Assembly (NCBI GenBank): GCA_965279035.1
Contig: OZ257142.1
Location: forward strand, 3,904,001 to 3,968,000
Reading direction: 5' to 3'
DNA length: 64,000 nucleotides
Source of the DNA: Bacteroidia bacterium
GTDB lineage: Bacteria > Bacteroidota > Bacteroidia > M30B66
In this document: positions 1 through 8,182 of the stretch, in pieces
Layout: each line of letters opens with the position of its first letter
Numbering within the stretch: position 1 is the stretch's first letter
The notes under the pieces: generated by a model
What the model was told of the DNA's origin: nothing
Databases searched by the model: none
What the model saw: the letters and a program-made list of their open reading frames with translations, nothing else
Translations under genes and position numbers: made by a program

Positions 1-2781
1 AATAGTTATTCATTAACAACTCCTCCAATTTCTGAAACAAGCTATTTTGTTTTGAAAACTTCGTGTGGAGGTAGTGATGCTTTGAGTAATGAATTGGAAA
101 TTCAAGTATATAATTATGCTTCTTCTGTTGGAATTTACGGTTTAACTGAAAATACCATTTGCAGTGGAATAAGTACAAATATTCAGGCCGATTTATGGGG
201 AAGTCAAACTGGCTCAACGATACAATGGCAACAATCTAATGTAAGTGGAGGTCCATATACAGATGTTCCTAATGCAACTTATTCTTATTTCACAACTCCA
301 CCAATAACTGAAACAACATATTATGTGCTAAAATCAACCTGTGGTGAGTTTAATGCTCTTTCTCAGGAAATAGTAGAACACGTGGTTTCTCAGTCGTCAG
401 AAATAACTACTGGTTATATTTATAATAATGGTTTATCCAGTGTTTGTCCAGATCAACCTGTTTCATTATATCACACTGCATCTTATTATTATAATACAAT
501 TACACCAGGAGCAACCCTACAATGGCAGAGCTCTCCTACACCAGGTAGTGATTATGTTGATATTCCAGGTGCAACAACTTTTTACTTAAACTCAACATTA
601 GCCGAAAACACCTATTACACCGTAAAAGTATCTTGTGGAGATATTTATGCCAATACGAATGAAATAGGAATTGAAATTGGGGCACCACAAGCAAGTATTT
701 ACCCTTATAATAATAATACTGTTGTTTGTGATCAAGGCAGAGTACAATTATATACGAACGACTATAATGCATTTTCAGAAATGCAATGGCAATATTCAAC
801 CGTGAGTGGAGGTCCTTATACTGATATTCCAGGTGAAAACTCCACTTATTTAACCACTCCTCTTATTTCCGAAACTAGCTATTTTGTTTTAAAAACTTCA
901 TGTGGCGGGAATTCTTCTATTTCAAATGAAATTCAAGTGCTAGTAGATTTAGTTCCTGATTTTATTACTGACTATAATCAGTATGTGTGTAGCGGAAGTC
1001 TATTTAGTATAGGAATCTATGTTAATCATGGAACATCTGGAGTTAGCTACCAATGGCAAAAATCAGCTATAAGCGGAGGGCCATATGAAGATATTCCTGA
1101 TCAAACATCGAATAACTTGAATAATTATTCTGTTTTTGAAAATACGTATTTCGTCCTTAAATCAACATGTGAAGGAAATTCTGTATTATCTAATGAAGTG
1201 CTTGTGCGAGTAGGAGATCAAATAGAAGAAGTAAATGCATGTTCCGGTTCAGGATATTATATATCTAATTATGGGTATATATATGAATCGGGACAATATC
1301 AATCTCAGATTTCTGCAACTAATTATTGTGGATATATCACCATTACCACCAATGTTACTTTCCACGATCCAATTACTACCGAATCTTATGCTACCATAAA
1401 TGAAGGGGAATCCTATACACTACCTGATGGTTATGTGGTTAACTATGCTGGTGATTTTTATTCCTATTCTCAAGGGGATTATGGATGTTATAATACGCAT
1501 ATAACACACGTACAAGTAATCGTCCCTTGTTTTGCAACTGCCGTTGTTGATTTCATTCCAGGATTGCAAAATAATGGCTCCTCTGTATCTGCAGCTAGAT
1601 TACATTCTGAAAAATCATTAGGAGCGCCCGAACCAGTAATAACCAACGATATCAATTTTGTGAGTCTTGGTTTTGGTGGTCAGCTTACACTCGATTTTGG
1701 TGGACCAATTGCCAATGGCGACGGAGCGGATGTGCATGTATATGAAGCCACATGGAATAATAAATCCTGCACGAACTATCCCGAAATGGCCGAAGTATTT
1801 GCTTCCCAAAATGGCTGCGATTGGATTTATGTTGGAACCGTTTGTACCAATGGAGGAGATGTAGATTTTGGTAATGCTATTTCTTGGGCTCGCTTTATTC
1901 GCATAAAAGACGTTTCCAATAAAGCCAGTTTCAGCGATTCCAATACCGATGGTTATGATGTAAATGCTGTTGCCTGCTTGCATGGAAGTGGTGCAATGGC
2001 AGATGATGGTCTAATTGCAGGTTCGATTCAGGATATCGTCTCTTATAGCCCCGGAAATCGTAAAAACGGAACGGCTGTTCCTGCTCCTCGTAATAATGCC
2101 AATAATGCCAAAGGTCCAGCTTCAGGAAGCGGAATCACGTTCGTTTCACTTGGATTTGGTGGTGAATTAATCGGACGATTCGATTATGTGGTTTTCAACC
2201 ATTTATCAGGTGCAGAACTACAAGTAATTGAAACATCCTATGGAAATCCTGCTTGTTCTTCTTATCCAGAAAGAGCTCGTTTTTATGTTTCTAAATTGGG
2301 TACAGATTGGGTTGATTTAGGTGTGCTTTGTCAAGATGGAAACCTCGAATTTGGAAGTCTCGATTGGGCACAATACATCAAAATTGTAGATGAATCACCA
2401 CTAAGTTCTGGACACTTTAATGGAACATCAGATGCATACGATGTGGACGCCGTTGTTACACTAGGTGGATGTAACCAAACTGCTCGTTTAACTAACACTC
2501 AAATGGATGTGATTGATATTCCAGAAGAGGAATTCTCAGTCAATTTGTATCCAAATCCTGCTTATGATTTCTTCCAAATTGAAGCAAATGGTTTAATAGA
2601 AAATGAACCTGCAACCTTGAGTATTTTTGATGCTACAGGACGCTTGGTTTTTTCTGAATCTCAAGTCCTTTCGCAAGGATTATGGACTAAGAGAATTAAC
2701 TGTGTTGATTATGCTCCAGGAATTTACATGGTGCAGCTTAAAACAACAAGCGGTCAATGGACACAAAAGTTGATTAAATAG
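1..2781 (+). CDS. Large repeat-containing surface protein with T9SS type A C-terminal sorting domain (5' truncated by window)
   Basis: Frame is open from base 1 (NSYSLTTPPISETSYFVLKTSCG). About 90-aa repeats QWQxSxxSGGPYxDIP...TYYVLKSTC, two FVSLGFGG domains, and C-terminal LYPNPA...GIYMVQL...KLIK. Confidence 0.85.
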   Translation, partial: NSYSLTTPPISETSYFVLKTSCGGSDALSNELEIQVYNYASSVGIYGLTENTICSGISTNIQADLWGSQTGSTIQWQQSNVSGGPYTDVPNATYSYFTTPPITETTYYVLKSTCGEFNALSQEIVEHVVSQSSEITTGYIYNNGLSSVCPDQPVSLYHTASYYYNTITPGATLQWQSSPTPGSDYVDIPGATTFYLNSTLAENTYYTVKVSCGDIYANTNEIGIEIGAPQASIYPYNNNTVVCDQGRVQLYTNDYNAFSEMQWQYSTVSGGPYTDIPGENSTYLTTPLISETSYFVLKTSCGGNSSISNEIQVLVDLVPDFITDYNQYVCSGSLFSIGIYVNHGTSGVSYQWQKSAISGGPYEDIPDQTSNNLNNYSVFENTYFVLKSTCEGNSVLSNEVLVRVGDQIEEVNACSGSGYYISNYGYIYESGQYQSQISATNYCGYITITTNVTFHDPITTESYATINEGESYTLPDGYVVNYAGDFYSYSQGDYGCYNTHITHVQVIVPCFATAVVDFIPGLQNNGSSVSAARLHSEKSLGAPEPVITNDINFVSLGFGGQLTLDFGGPIANGDGADVHVYEATWNNKSCTNYPEMAEVFASQNGCDWIYVGTVCTNGGDVDFGNAISWARFIRIKDVSNKASFSDSNTDGYDVNAVACLHGSGAMADDGLIAGSIQDIVSYSPGNRKNGTAVPAPRNNANNAKGPASGSGITFVSLGFGGELIGRFDYVVFNHLSGAELQVIETSYGNPACSSYPERARFYVSKLGTDWVDLGVLCQDGNLEFGSLDWAQYIKIVDESPLSSGHFNGTSDAYDVDAVVTLGGCNQTARLTNTQMDVIDIPEEEFSVNLYPNPAYDFFQIEANGLIENEPATLSIFDATGRLVFSESQVLSQGLWTKRINCVDYAPGIYMVQLKTTSGQWTQKLIK

Positions 2782-2798
2782 ATTTTTCTATTTCAAAC

Positions 2799-2835
2799 AA
2801 GGGCTTTTCTAGTATATCTAGTAAAGCCCTTTTTT
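2799..2835 (+). terminator. Intrinsic terminator
   Basis: AAGGGCTTT...AAAGCCCTT stem followed by a T-run just after the stop codon. Confidence 0.8.
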
Positions 2836-2892
2836 ATATATTCATAAAATCAAATTTTCAATTCGGATTAATTAATTTCATTTATGAATTAA

Positions 2893-5043
2893 TTGAATAA
2901 AATGGAAAACAATAAGAATACCTCTATATTAAATTTGTTTATAATCTTATTTGCTTGTTTCCTTTCATCAGTATCAAATGCTCAGCTTGAAAAAAATGAT
3001 CAGCAGATTGTTGATTCATTAATTCTTTCACTAAAAAACGCCCCAGAAGACACAAATAAAGCATCTACTTATAATAAAATCTGTTTTTCAATACTTGAAA
3101 TAAATCCAGATAATGCAATCTATTATGGTCAAAAAGGACTTGAACTTTCCATGCGATTAAATTGGAAACTAGGGATAGCCAAAATAAAAAATTCATTAGG
3201 AAATGCATATTCATTAAAACAATCCTTTTCAATTGCAATAGAAAATTATAATCAATCACTTGAACTTTTTAAAGAATTAAACGATCAAGCTGGAATTGCA
3301 CGTGTGCTAGGAAATATCGCAATTATTTATCGTTATGTTGGCAACATGGCAAAGTCATTAGATTATAATCTTCAATCATTAAAAATATATGAGGAAATAA
3401 ATGACTCCATTTCAATTGCTCGAATAAATGGAAATATTGGAATTGTATATGGAATAATGAAAAAAGATGCCATGGCTAATCTCTATTTCAAAAAAGCACT
3501 TGAAATAAATATCCGAATAGGTGATCAAAGAGGAACAGCACGTGAATATGGGCACTTAGCTAATCTTAATTTAAATTCAAACAATTTTGATCAATGTATT
3601 TATTACAATAATAAGGCTTTGGAAATATGGAATTCAATTGGCTCATTTTATAATATTGCCCTTATTTACGGAAATATAGGAGTTGCTTATCTCAATAAAA
3701 AAGAATACTCCAAAGCATTATCATATAATTCGAAAGCTCTTGATTTATATAATAAAATTCAAGATAATGAAGGTATCTGTAGAACGATATCTACTCGAGG
3801 TCAGATTCTACTTGAAATGGCAATTAACATAGATAAGATTGATATAGATGATAGTCTAAATAACAAAGAGAAATTATTATCTAAAACAAATGATTGCATT
3901 CAAACATCAATTGTACTTTCCCAAAAATCCGGAAATTTAGAAGACCAGTTATTTGCATATAATTTAGCATATAATTATTATGAGTATTTAAATGATTTTA
4001 AATCTGCACTTGCTAGTTTTAAAAACATTAAAACAATTAACGATTCCCTCAATTCGGTTGAAATTCAAAGCAAAATGGGAATGCTTGAAGAAAAGCGATT
4101 AACGGAATTAAAAGAGAAGGAAATTCAAATTCAGAAATTAGAATTAAATCGAAAAGAAAATCAGAAAAATGGCCTTTACCTTGGAATTAGTTTAATTACA
4201 CTCATCACAATAATTCTATTTTTTAGTAATAGAAGAAAGAGGAATGACAATAAAATAATCTTATCTCAAAAAGAATTGGTTGAAGAAAAACAACGTGAAA
4301 TATTAGATAGTATAGAGTATGCATTAAGAATTCAAACGGCCATATTACCTCCACAGAAAATTGTAAAGCATTATTTAGAAAATTCATTTATTCTCTATAA
4401 ACCAAAAGACATAGTAGCCGGCGATTTCTATTGGATGGAAACAGTGGATGATTTAATATTAATAGCCGCTTGCGACTGTACTGGTCATGGTGTTCCAGGT
4501 GCAATGGTTTCTATCGTGTGCTACAATGCACTCAATAGAGCCGTTAGGGAATTTAAATTAACTCAACCAGCAGCAATCTTAGATAAAGTAGCCGAAATAA
4601 TTATTGAGTATTTCAGTAAAAGCGAAAAAGATATTTATGATGGAATGGATATTTCATTTTGTTCAATAAATACTAAATCAAAAACTATTCAATGGGCTGG
4701 CGCAAATAATCCCATTTGGTTAATTCAACAAGGCGAATTCATTGAAACAAGAGGAGATAGACAACCAATAGGTATTTATGAAAACAGCAAGCCATTTACA
4801 AACCACATGTTTACTTTAAATAGTGGCGATAGTATTTATCTTTTTTCTGATGGTTTTGCCGATCAATTTGGAGGAGAAAATGGACAAAAAAAATTAACGA
4901 AAAAACGTTTTAAAGAGCTGATTTTATCTATCCAAGAAAAACCGATGTCTGAACAAGGAATTGCATTAGATACCTTTATGACTCAGTACCGAAATCACGT
5001 TGAGCAAATCGACGATATCCTAGTAATGGGCGTTACAGTGTGA
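2893..5043 (+). CDS. TPR-repeat membrane sensor with C-terminal SpoIIE/PP2C-type phosphatase domain
   Basis: Signal peptide, TPR repeats (NSLGNAY, GNIGIVY), one TM helix, then VAGDFYW, DCTGHGVPGA, DGMD, SDGFADQFGG and DDILVMG motifs. Confidence 0.9.
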   Translation: MNKMENNKNTSILNLFIILFACFLSSVSNAQLEKNDQQIVDSLILSLKNAPEDTNKASTYNKICFSILEINPDNAIYYGQKGLELSMRLNWKLGIAKIKNSLGNAYSLKQSFSIAIENYNQSLELFKELNDQAGIARVLGNIAIIYRYVGNMAKSLDYNLQSLKIYEEINDSISIARINGNIGIVYGIMKKDAMANLYFKKALEINIRIGDQRGTAREYGHLANLNLNSNNFDQCIYYNNKALEIWNSIGSFYNIALIYGNIGVAYLNKKEYSKALSYNSKALDLYNKIQDNEGICRTISTRGQILLEMAINIDKIDIDDSLNNKEKLLSKTNDCIQTSIVLSQKSGNLEDQLFAYNLAYNYYEYLNDFKSALASFKNIKTINDSLNSVEIQSKMGMLEEKRLTELKEKEIQIQKLELNRKENQKNGLYLGISLITLITIILFFSNRRKRNDNKIILSQKELVEEKQREILDSIEYALRIQTAILPPQKIVKHYLENSFILYKPKDIVAGDFYWMETVDDLILIAACDCTGHGVPGAMVSIVCYNALNRAVREFKLTQPAAILDKVAEIIIEYFSKSEKDIYDGMDISFCSINTKSKTIQWAGANNPIWLIQQGEFIETRGDRQPIGIYENSKPFTNHMFTLNSGDSIYLFSDGFADQFGGENGQKKLTKKRFKELILSIQEKPMSEQGIALDTFMTQYRNHVEQIDDILVMGVTV

Positions 5044-5140
5044 TCGAATTGCTAATTATTTTTCACCCATTATTGAATGAACAACTGGAAATAAATCAAT
5101 TAAATTTCGTTCAATAAAAAACCGAATCAATTCTTTTTTT

Positions 5141-5242
5141 GGGCGCCTGCTTTTTCCGCAAGCTACAAAAGCACCGGGCTTTACGCCTCTACTGCTTTTT
5201 CACCTTCGGTTCAAAAGCGGTAATGGCTGCAATCCCTGTCGC
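5141..5242 (-). ncRNA. Structured repeat/ncRNA, Flavo-1-like (copy A)
   Basis: Minus strand reads GCGACAGGGATTGCAG...AAAGCCCG...GGCGCCCAAA and shares its scaffold, with covarying pairs, with 51143-51263. The family name is from recollection and unverified. Confidence 0.45.
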
Positions 5243-5273
5243 TTGACATTTTGCTAAACTATTACATTTTCAA

Positions 5274-5535
5274 CCTCGGACTAAAGTCCGAGGCTACTAG
5301 AACCAAAATCTCAAATTCTAGTTCTCATTGACATCCTCTTCTGCAAAATACCAATCTGCATCCTCGGACTTCAGTCCGAGGCTACTAGAACTAAAATCTC
5401 AAATTCTAGTTCTCATTGACCTCCTCTTCTGCAAAATACCAATCTGCATCCTCGTACTTCAGACCGAGGCCCCGAGGCCCTGAGTAGTCTACTACAAATT
5501 TCAAATATTCAGCACCCTCGGACTTCAGTCCGAGG
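5274..5535 (-). repeat. Array of GTAG-type REP palindromes in 88-bp tandem units
   Basis: CCTCGGACT(AA/TC)AGTCCGAGG-type palindromes at 5274, 5362, 5450 (degenerate) and 5516. The first two are followed by CTAC (GTAG on the minus strand). The first two spacers are near-identical. Confidence 0.85.
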
Positions 5536-5553
5536 TCCAAATGCTGTATATTT

Positions 5554-6486
5554 TTACGTGTTTTTAGAGTTGCTATCCGTTTTTACGATATGCATCAACT
5601 GACGAAAATTCTTCTCCATTCCATCTGGAGAACCATCCAAGAAAATCGCATTTCCTTTTCCATTTTCTGCAAAATGCTTGATCGCTTCTGTCCACATCGT
5701 AAATAAAATCACCGATGTATCCATATCAGCTTGCTGCATTTCCTTCGCGGCTAAACTCATCCCCTTGGCCACCTCTTCACGGAAAAGTGCGACACCTTGT
5801 CCGCGTAATTGTGCCGCTTGACGTTCTGCTTCAGCTGCAATTTTAATCGCGTTTCCTTCGGCTTCGGCTGCTTTGGTTTTGGTGATCAATAATGCTTGTC
5901 CTTCGTTTTCGGCTGCTGCTTTTAAGTTATTCGAAGCCACCACTTGCGACATCGATTTCATAATCACATCATCAAACGTAATATCATTCAACTGTAAATC
6001 GATCAGGTGATACCCCCAACTTTCGAGTGTTTGGTCAATTTGATCTTTCACGTCAGAAACAATTTCACCACGTAAAACCAAGACCTCACTCTGCTTCTTA
6101 TTCGCCACAAAAGCCCGAATCGAGCCTTCTACCGTGCGAATTAATGCTTGCATCAAGTTGCGCTCATCAATGAATTTAAATGCTACATTTTTGATTGTTT
6201 CTTCATCCGGATTCACCACAGCAAAAAGCAACATCGCCTTGAAATATACATTCGCCTGATCTACCGTCACCGCCTGAAATTCCAGTTCCACCGAACGATT
6301 TTGTATAGAAACACGCTTGTATATCTGCTCCACAAAAGGCACCTTAAAATTCAGTCCCGGACGCATCATCCGTTTGTATTTACCAAATATGGTGGTTACC
6401 GCAATGGTTCCCTGCTGAACAGTTGCAAAAGATGTAAAGACGAATAAAATCGCCAATACAAGAAGAATGATGGGAATGAGGTTCAT
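5554..6486 (-). CDS. SPFH/Band 7 (prohibitin/stomatin) domain membrane protein
   Basis: N-terminal TM, FGKY...PGLNFKVPFVE motif, coiled AEAE segment. Confidence 0.9.
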   Translation of the reverse strand: MNLIPIILLVLAILFVFTSFATVQQGTIAVTTIFGKYKRMMRPGLNFKVPFVEQIYKRVSIQNRSVELEFQAVTVDQANVYFKAMLLFAVVNPDEETIKNVAFKFIDERNLMQALIRTVEGSIRAFVANKKQSEVLVLRGEIVSDVKDQIDQTLESWGYHLIDLQLNDITFDDVIMKSMSQVVASNNLKAAAENEGQALLITKTKAAEAEGNAIKIAAEAERQAAQLRGQGVALFREEVAKGMSLAAKEMQQADMDTSVILFTMWTEAIKHFAENGKGNAIFLDGSPDGMEKNFRQLMHIVKTDSNSKNT

Positions 6487-6490
6487 GGTT

Positions 6491-6660
6491 AATGTGCTAG
6501 TGTGCTGGTGAATAATGTGCTGATGTGTTAGTGTGCTGATGATTAGTTTGATAGTGTGTTATAGTGCCGAGATTATGTGATGATGTGCTGATGTGCTGGT
6601 GATTAATTTGCAGTTGTGTTAGTGAGCTGATGAATTATTAAGTGATGTTTTGATGTTAAA
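6491..6660 (+). repeat. Degenerate 8-bp tandem repeat array (GATGTGCT type)
   Basis: Repeated ATGTGCTG/GTGTGCTG/ATGTGTTA units. Reverse-complement arrays lie at 6830-6884 and 8099-8182. Confidence 0.7.
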
Positions 6661-6892
6661 TCATGAAGAGATTTAAAGTGTGTAAGATATCAGATATACT
6701 GCTAATTCAAAAAGAAATTATTGGGTTTAGTTTATAATTAGAACTATTAATTAGTCATCAATTAAGATCTTTCAATAAAAATCATTTTTTACAAATTTCC
6801 ATTTCAATCGAATAAACGGCATTGCCTAATCATCAAATCAATTAATTAGCACTTCATTTCACATCCGCACATTTCCTAATCAGCCTTTAGAC

Positions 6893-6923
6893 TTGCACTA
6901 TTATTTTAGTTGAGATATCTTGA
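6893..6923 (+). promoter_or_regulatory. Putative Bacteroidota sigma-A promoter inside the IS left end
   Basis: TTG (6893-6895), 20-nt spacer, then TATCTTGA (6916-6923), close to the TAnnTTTG consensus. Confidence 0.5.
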
Positions 6924-6929
6924 CTGAAA

Positions 6930-7082
6930 ATAAACAAAGAAACGGGGTGAACTATCTCATCAGCTAGGTCTTTAAATCCCTAAGGTGTGTATGAGTCCCC
7001 GTTTCCTTTAACCATGTTGTTAATGGCCAGCTAGAATTTTAGACTTCGAGATCTATTAAAGGTTTTAGCCAAGAGCAACACT
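6930..7082 (+). ncRNA. IS110 bridge RNA (target-binding loop and donor-binding loop)
   Basis: Stem GAAACGGGG/CCCCGTTTC encloses ATCAGC and GGTGTG, which match the target. Stem TGTTG..TGGC/GCCA..CAACA encloses CTAGAAT and TAAAGGT, which match the circle junction. RNA ends are approximate. Confidence 0.8.
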
Positions 7083-7095
7083 TAAAAACAAAAGT

Positions 7096-8076
7096 ATGAA
7101 GAAGAACTTTATTGGCATTGATGTGTCAAAATTAACGCTGGATGTTTATTTACATAATCAATCTCAGCACAACGTCTTTAGCAATGATATCGATGGTTAT
7201 ACACTGATGCTTGCTTGGTTAAAGCAGTTGAAAGTGAGTGTAAAATCGATGGCCATTTGCTTTGAGCATACGGGTATTTATAGCGAGGATTTATCTGTGT
7301 TTTTGAGTGAAAAGAAGATCTGTTTTTACATGGAATCCTCCTTAAACATTAAGTATTCTATTGGACTTCAGCGAGGCAAAAATGATAAGATAGACTCCCA
7401 AAGAATCGCAAATTTCATTGCATTACATGCAGAACAGCTTAGCCCAACGGTACTATCAAAGAGTGCTGTAGCGCAGCTGAGAAAGCTCTTGAGTATGCGT
7501 TCGCATCTGGAAAAAGAGAAGATAGGCATCAAAAACAGACTTAAGAACTCATCAAAAACCACTGGTGTAGATATAGTTTTTCAAATCGAAACGGATCTGT
7601 TAAAGACCTTTAACGATAAACTTAAACTGGTAGAAGAGGAAATCAAATCATTGATAAAGTCAGATGATAATCTTCGTCAAATCGACGAATTAGTTCAATC
7701 TATAAAAGGAGTTGGACCAGTGTCGAGTTGGTATTTAATCGCCACAACAAATGGCTTTGAATACTTCGACAATGCTCGTCAATATGCATGTTATAGTGGA
7801 ATAGCTCCATTCGAAAAATCATCAGGAACATCCATAAAAGGGAAAACACAAACCGATAGAAGATCAAATCGAAAAATCAATGGAGTATTAACAATGGCGG
7901 CGCGTTCGGCAGTATTAAATAACACCGAAATGAGAGAATATATGGAGCGTAAAATCCAGGAAGGAAAACATTATAATTGTGCACTCAATGCAGTCAAAAA
8001 CAAACTTGTATCAAGAGTATTTGCTGTCGTAAAAAGAAAAACACCCTATGTTGATCTAAAAAAATACGCTGCATAG
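7096..8076 (+). CDS. IS110 family transposase/recombinase
   Basis: DEDD RuvC-like motifs IGIDVSK, FEHTG and KNDKIDS. C-terminal Tnp domain SIKGVG...YACYSGIAP...SSGTS with the catalytic Ser. Confidence 0.95.
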   Translation: MKKNFIGIDVSKLTLDVYLHNQSQHNVFSNDIDGYTLMLAWLKQLKVSVKSMAICFEHTGIYSEDLSVFLSEKKICFYMESSLNIKYSIGLQRGKNDKIDSQRIANFIALHAEQLSPTVLSKSAVAQLRKLLSMRSHLEKEKIGIKNRLKNSSKTTGVDIVFQIETDLLKTFNDKLKLVEEEIKSLIKSDDNLRQIDELVQSIKGVGPVSSWYLIATTNGFEYFDNARQYACYSGIAPFEKSSGTSIKGKTQTDRRSNRKINGVLTMAARSAVLNNTEMREYMERKIQEGKHYNCALNAVKNKLVSRVFAVVKRKTPYVDLKKYAA

Positions 8077-8098
8077 ACTTGCATAAGTCCTAGAATAC

Positions 8099-8182
8099 AC
8101 ACCATCACATCAACTAATAAGCACATCTTCTAATAAGCACATCAGCTCATCAACTATCCGATAGCTATCGGATCAGCACACT
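8099..8182 (-). repeat. Degenerate octamer array with embedded CCGATAGCTATCGG palindrome
   Basis: AGCACATC-type units. Palindrome ATCCGATAGCTATCGGAT at 8156-8173. Confidence 0.65.

Larger units (their letters stand above)
6885..8098 (+). mobile_element. IS110-family insertion sequence (about 1.21 kb) inserted in an octamer repeat
   Basis: Transposase 7096-8076 with a 211-bp left non-coding end and a short right end, and no terminal inverted repeats. The flanks rejoin as ATCAG-C-ACACC, continuing the local repeat. Confidence 0.85.

Noticed and set aside
5274-5535. CRISPR array
   Set aside because: The spacers are near-identical and too long (68 bp), the repeats are 20-bp GTAG-REP palindromes, and no cas genes are present.
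6888-8083. TAGACTTGCA as a target-site duplication defining the IS ends
   Set aside because: IS110 elements do not generate long TSDs. Ends at 6885 and 8098 restore the flanking repeat and match all four guide segments.
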